Assembly (NCBI GenBank): GCA_037443005.1
Contig: JBBIPE010000001.1
Coordinates: 1,634 to 65,633 of the forward strand
Direction of reading: 5' to 3'
DNA: 64,000 nucleotides
Origin: an archaeon
GTDB lineage: Archaea; Nanobdellota; Nanobdellia; Parvarchaeales; Parvarchaeaceae
In this document: in pieces, positions 60,309 through 64,000 of the stretch
How the letters are laid out: each line of letters starts with the position of its first letter
Position numbering within the stretch: the stretch's first letter is position 1
Position numbers and translations under genes: made by a program
Notes under the pieces: generated by a model
Seen by the model: the letters and a program-made list of their open reading frames with translations, nothing else
Databases searched by the model: none
What the model was told of the DNA's origin: nothing

Positions 60309-62021
60309 ATGAGATCACCTATCTGTGCTTTTTTAGGGCATGTTGACGCTGGGAAAACCAGTATAATGGATTCGATAAGGAATACAATGTCAGCTTATAA
60401 GGAAAGCGGCGGCCTTACTCAGAACATTGGCGTTACTGAAGTACCGACTGACAGGATAAACCAGATAGCAGAGGATTTACTTAGAAAATTCAATATAGAC
60501 ATAAAAGTGCCAAGCATACTTTTTATAGACTCTCCAGGCCATGAAGCTTTTGTTACATTAAGAGAAAGAGGGGCTTCTATAGCAGACATAGCAATACTAA
60601 CAATAGATGTAATGGAAGGAATACAGAATCAGACAATAGAGTCAATAGAGATTCTTAAATCCTATAAAACTCCATTCATAATTGCACTTACAAAAATAGA
60701 TACTATAAGAGGATTCTTTAATATGGAAGGTTCATCTTTTCTTGAGTTTATAGCAAAGCAGCCGCAAAGTTATATAGAGCTTATAGATGAGAAGATTTAC
60801 AAGCTTATTACTGACCTTTCAATTTATAATTTTCAGGCCGAAAGATACGACAGAGTAAAGGATTTCACAAAAGAGGTTGCGATAGTCCCTTTATCCTCTG
60901 TAAAAGAGATAGGTATAAAAGACTTAATTGTAATGTTGATCGGGCTCAGCCAGAGGTATATAGGACTGGATAAGCAGGAAAGAAGCAGTGCCGCTGTGCT
61001 GGAAGAGAAAAATGTAAAGGGATTAGGAAAGGTTTATGATGCGATAGTATATGCAGGTGTACTTAAAGTAGGTGATAAAGTTATTGCAAATACAGTTGAT
61101 GGGCCTATAGAAAACAAGGTTAAAGGAATAATGCGCTTGGTACCACTTGAAGAGAGTAGGGAGAACTTTGGGAAATATGAAAGTCTTCAGGAAGTTAACG
61201 CAACTACCCCTATACGGCTTATCCTGCAGGAACCGAATGTTATGCTTGGAACATCAATAACAGTCTTTTCAAATGAGGAGGAAAAGCAGGATTTGATACA
61301 GAAGATAAAGGAGACTGTAGGATACACAGGTGATGATAGTAAAGGGTTAGTCATATGTGCCGATTCTTTGGGAAGTATAGATGCGATAAGGAAGATTGCA
61401 ACTTCACAGGGTATAGAGATTGGTAAATCAAAGGTGGGAGAACCATCAAAAAATGATATAACTACAGCAAGTTTAAATGGCGGCGCCATTCTGTGCTTTA
61501 ATGTTCCTGTTTCAAAGCAGACGGCTTCTATAGGTGATGAATATTCTGTAAGGATAATAAACTCAAATTCAATTTACACACTTTTTGATATGTACAACCA
61601 GTTCCAGCAGGAGTCTAAAAATATGAGCTTGGAGAATAGGAAAAGCAAGCTAAGGCTGCCTTCAAAGTTTACTTTCCTTAAGGGTAATATTTTTCGCAGA
61701 TCAGACCCCTGTGTTTTCGGAGCCGAAATTCTACTCGGAGAATTACGGCCAAATTACCATATTATAAATTCAAAAGGCCAAAGAATCGGCCAAATAAAGG
61801 ATATTCAGTCGGATAAGATTAAACTTTTAAGTGCAGTCAAAGGTGATAAAGTGGCAGTAAGCATAGACAATGCAGTTTATGGCAGAACCATCTTCGAGGG
61901 AGATATACTGTATACTGATATGGAGCTTTCTGATATAATGAAGTTCGATGACATTGCTAAGGATTTGCCGATGGATTATTCAGAAGCTCTATCTGATATA
62001 AGAAAAATAAAAATGCTTTAA
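60309..62021 (+). CDS. infB: Translation initiation factor aIF5B (IF-2)
   Basis: RSPI..LGHVDAGKT, GGLTQ.IG, DSPGHEAF, TKID. Confidence 0.96.
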   Translation: MRSPICAFLGHVDAGKTSIMDSIRNTMSAYKESGGLTQNIGVTEVPTDRINQIAEDLLRKFNIDIKVPSILFIDSPGHEAFVTLRERGASIADIAILTIDVMEGIQNQTIESIEILKSYKTPFIIALTKIDTIRGFFNMEGSSFLEFIAKQPQSYIELIDEKIYKLITDLSIYNFQAERYDRVKDFTKEVAIVPLSSVKEIGIKDLIVMLIGLSQRYIGLDKQERSSAAVLEEKNVKGLGKVYDAIVYAGVLKVGDKVIANTVDGPIENKVKGIMRLVPLEESRENFGKYESLQEVNATTPIRLILQEPNVMLGTSITVFSNEEEKQDLIQKIKETVGYTGDDSKGLVICADSLGSIDAIRKIATSQGIEIGKSKVGEPSKNDITTASLNGGAILCFNVPVSKQTASIGDEYSVRIINSNSIYTLFDMYNQFQQESKNMSLENRKSKLRLPSKFTFLKGNIFRRSDPCVFGAEILLGELRPNYHIINSKGQRIGQIKDIQSDKIKLLSAVKGDKVAVSIDNAVYGRTIFEGDILYTDMELSDIMKFDDIAKDLPMDYSEALSDIRKIKML

Positions 62022-62839
62022 GGCCAATTCTTTATTGCCTTCTCATAAAGATTCATATTATCACAGGGAAACCATTTCCCAGAATATATGAATCCGTCTA
62101 TGACTCTTTTTTCCGCAACCTTTTCAAATATTTCCGATATATTGGATTCGCCAGACGGTATAAGACTCACAAACGAAGGATTCAAAACATATATGCCCGC
62201 ATTTACTAAATGTGAGACCTGTTCTGTCTTCGGCTTTTCAATGAATTTAACTATTTTATTCCCTTCCATCTCAACTACTCCAAACTGTGATACATCGTCC
62301 TGCGATACCAATGCTATTGTTGCAAGTGATTTGTCTTTCTTGTGGAATTCAAAGATCTTATTTAGGTCAAAATCAAACAGATTGTCACCATTTAATACTA
62401 TGAAATCATCATGGAACATGTTCTGGTTCTTTTTTACCGCACCGCCTGTCCCCATTGGTCTGGTCTCTTCCGAGTATTCTATTCTTACTCCGAATTTGCT
62501 TCCATCGCCGAAATACTCGTGTATCTTGCTACCAAGATATCCTACCGATATTATTATGTCCAGAAAATCCGCTTTTTTAAGCTGTTCTATTACATGTTCG
62601 AGTATAGGCCGGCCATTTACTGGCATCATTGGTTTTGGTATTTCATAAGTAAGCGGTCTCAATCTTGTTCCAGATCCTCCTGCAAGTATAAATGCTATTT
62701 TGCTTTTCACAGGCTCAAAATGATCTTTTATTATCCTTTCTATTGCTATTGACCTGTTTGGTATGTTTATACCATCTATTGTTTTATCTATTTTTTCAAG
62801 GGTTTTTTTATTTATTGTTATGGTTATCCTATCCTTCAT
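62018..62839 (-). CDS. Sugar-phosphate nucleotidyltransferase with N-terminal ribbon-helix-helix domain
   Basis: MKDRITITINKKTLEKID...NRS.AIE (RHH-like) followed by ILAGGSGTRLRPLT..PKP. Confidence 0.88.
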   Translation of the reverse strand: MKDRITITINKKTLEKIDKTIDGINIPNRSIAIERIIKDHFEPVKSKIAFILAGGSGTRLRPLTYEIPKPMMPVNGRPILEHVIEQLKKADFLDIIISVGYLGSKIHEYFGDGSKFGVRIEYSEETRPMGTGGAVKKNQNMFHDDFIVLNGDNLFDFDLNKIFEFHKKDKSLATIALVSQDDVSQFGVVEMEGNKIVKFIEKPKTEQVSHLVNAGIYVLNPSFVSLIPSGESNISEIFEKVAEKRVIDGFIYSGKWFPCDNMNLYEKAIKNWP

Positions 62840-62880
62840 ATTAATTCATACAAAGTATTATTTATAAGCTTTATTATGCG

Positions 62881-63999
62881 TCAATTTTTAAGTATCTTTG
62901 AAATTGCTTTGTTGAAGTTGTTCATAAATCTTTTTTCGTCGTGTCTTTTTGATTTTCTAGCGCCTGCAGCAAGCCTAGAATAAAATTTATTGTTGGTTAC
63001 GCTTTTCAATGCCGTGGCTATGCTATCCTCATCAGCATTTACAAGCAGGCCATTTTTTCCGTTATTTATAAATTCAGTAGGTCCTCCTTCATTTACCGAT
63101 ATTACAGGTTTGCCGTAAGCAAGAGATTCCAGCGGTGTTAATCCAGTATCCTCATTTATGGCCAAAAAGATAGTCGCATAGCAGCTGCTGTACAACCTGC
63201 TTATTTCATCTTCTGAAAGATTTTCTTTTACTATTATATTGCTGTTTTCCATTGACTTTATATATTGGAAATACTTTCTATCCTCCGGAAAACCGGCTAT
63301 CACAAGCTTAAAACCTTGTTTTGCTATCTCAGAAACGTTAAAAGCCCTTACTGCCAAATCCTGGCGTTTATATTTTATAAACCTACTCGGGTAAAATATG
63401 ATTTTCTCCGTTTTAATAGCCTTCTTTTTTGTTTTTGGATAATCTGCATATGGGCCAATGTCAAGTATTTTTTCTCTTTTTAGAAGGCCATAGTCAGTTA
63501 TCCTTTTTTCTACTTCTCTGCTAAGTACAATGGAGTAATCTAACTTTCTCCAGCTTTTCCTTTCAAGTAATCTATACACCGGTACTGCCAATGGTAAAAT
63601 TATTTTGTTTCTAAGGCTTTGATTTCTGTAATAATCATACATTGTATGAGCAACTCTTAAAGGAGTATGACATATCGCAACAGTTCTTTTATGTTTGTTT
63701 CTAAAAGTTATAAACTCGGCTATTCCTGCAGTTGATATCATAAATATATCATAATCCCCTAAGTCATTTATTTTGGTAAATATCAATCGCAGGAAAAGTC
63801 CTGCCCCTCTCCCGATAAATCCTTTCGGTTCGGAATCTCCAAGTACTTTTATTCTGCATTTTTTAAACTCCTGAAATGTTTTTTCTTTATCATAAAAAAA
63901 AGTGTAGATATCACATTTGTATTTTTGATTTTTTGCTATGGATAATACAATTCTTTCAACACCGCCCTTACTTTTTATCCATGGTATAAACAATGCTAT
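62881..63999 (-). CDS. GT4-family glycosyltransferase (start at or beyond the window edge)
   Basis: GGVER, SRF..YKR, EDTGLTPLESLAYGKPVI; frame is open to the window end. Confidence 0.9.
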   Translation of the reverse strand: MALFIPWIKSKGGVERIVLSIAKNQKYKCDIYTFFYDKEKTFQEFKKCRIKVLGDSEPKGFIGRGAGLFLRLIFTKINDLGDYDIFMISTAGIAEFITFRNKHKRTVAICHTPLRVAHTMYDYYRNQSLRNKIILPLAVPVYRLLERKSWRKLDYSIVLSREVEKRITDYGLLKREKILDIGPYADYPKTKKKAIKTEKIIFYPSRFIKYKRQDLAVRAFNVSEIAKQGFKLVIAGFPEDRKYFQYIKSMENSNIIVKENLSEDEISRLYSSCYATIFLAINEDTGLTPLESLAYGKPVISVNEGGPTEFINNGKNGLLVNADEDSIATALKSVTNNKFYSRLAAGARKSKRHDEKRFMNNFNKAISKILKN

Positions 64000-64000
64000 C

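Noticed and set aside
1..64000. CRISPR array or cas genes
   Set aside because: No regularly spaced 25-45 bp repeats with unique spacers, and no recognisable Cas ORFs

Overview
Gene-dense, AT-rich archaeal chromosome segment. The divergent proteins, class III signal peptide/LamG protein, broken ribosomal operon and Thermoplasma-like ATPase gene order suggest an acidophilic DPANN archaeon (Parvarchaeota/Micrarchaeota-like; this is inference). Housekeeping content: RFC, LeuRS, ProRS, Trm5, Rqc2, a complete A/V-type ATP synthase operon (K-E-C-F-A-B-D-H-I), cdc48-scpA-scpB and smc, L2-S19-L22-S3-L29, nuoJKLMN, TatD, RNase Z, a SelB-like GTPase, GalT, NDK, aIF5B and three intron-less tRNAs. Two accessory patches lie next to tRNA 3' ends (about 9.3-11.6 kb and 15.5-21.9 kb) and carry toxin-antitoxin pairs and several frameshifted genes. 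The most striking non-obvious structure is a family of four co-oriented miniature IS200/IS605 elements (36175-36523, 45197-45497, 52499-52985, 57279-57452), each starting right after TTAA and ending in TCAC. Three hold different but in-frame internal deletions of tnpB that keep the putative omegaRNA scaffold, each followed by a different guide-position flank; the fourth appears tnpA-derived. One sits between the overlapping stop codons of two convergent genes, and another is translationally coupled to nuoJ. Other oddities: a tRNA-Thr with a non-canonical T-loop, a 49/50-nt identical repeat between the two CDC48 Walker A regions, rpl29 overlapping rps3 by 83 nt, and a 5x11-bp G-rich tandem repeat. 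No CRISPR array or rRNA was seen.
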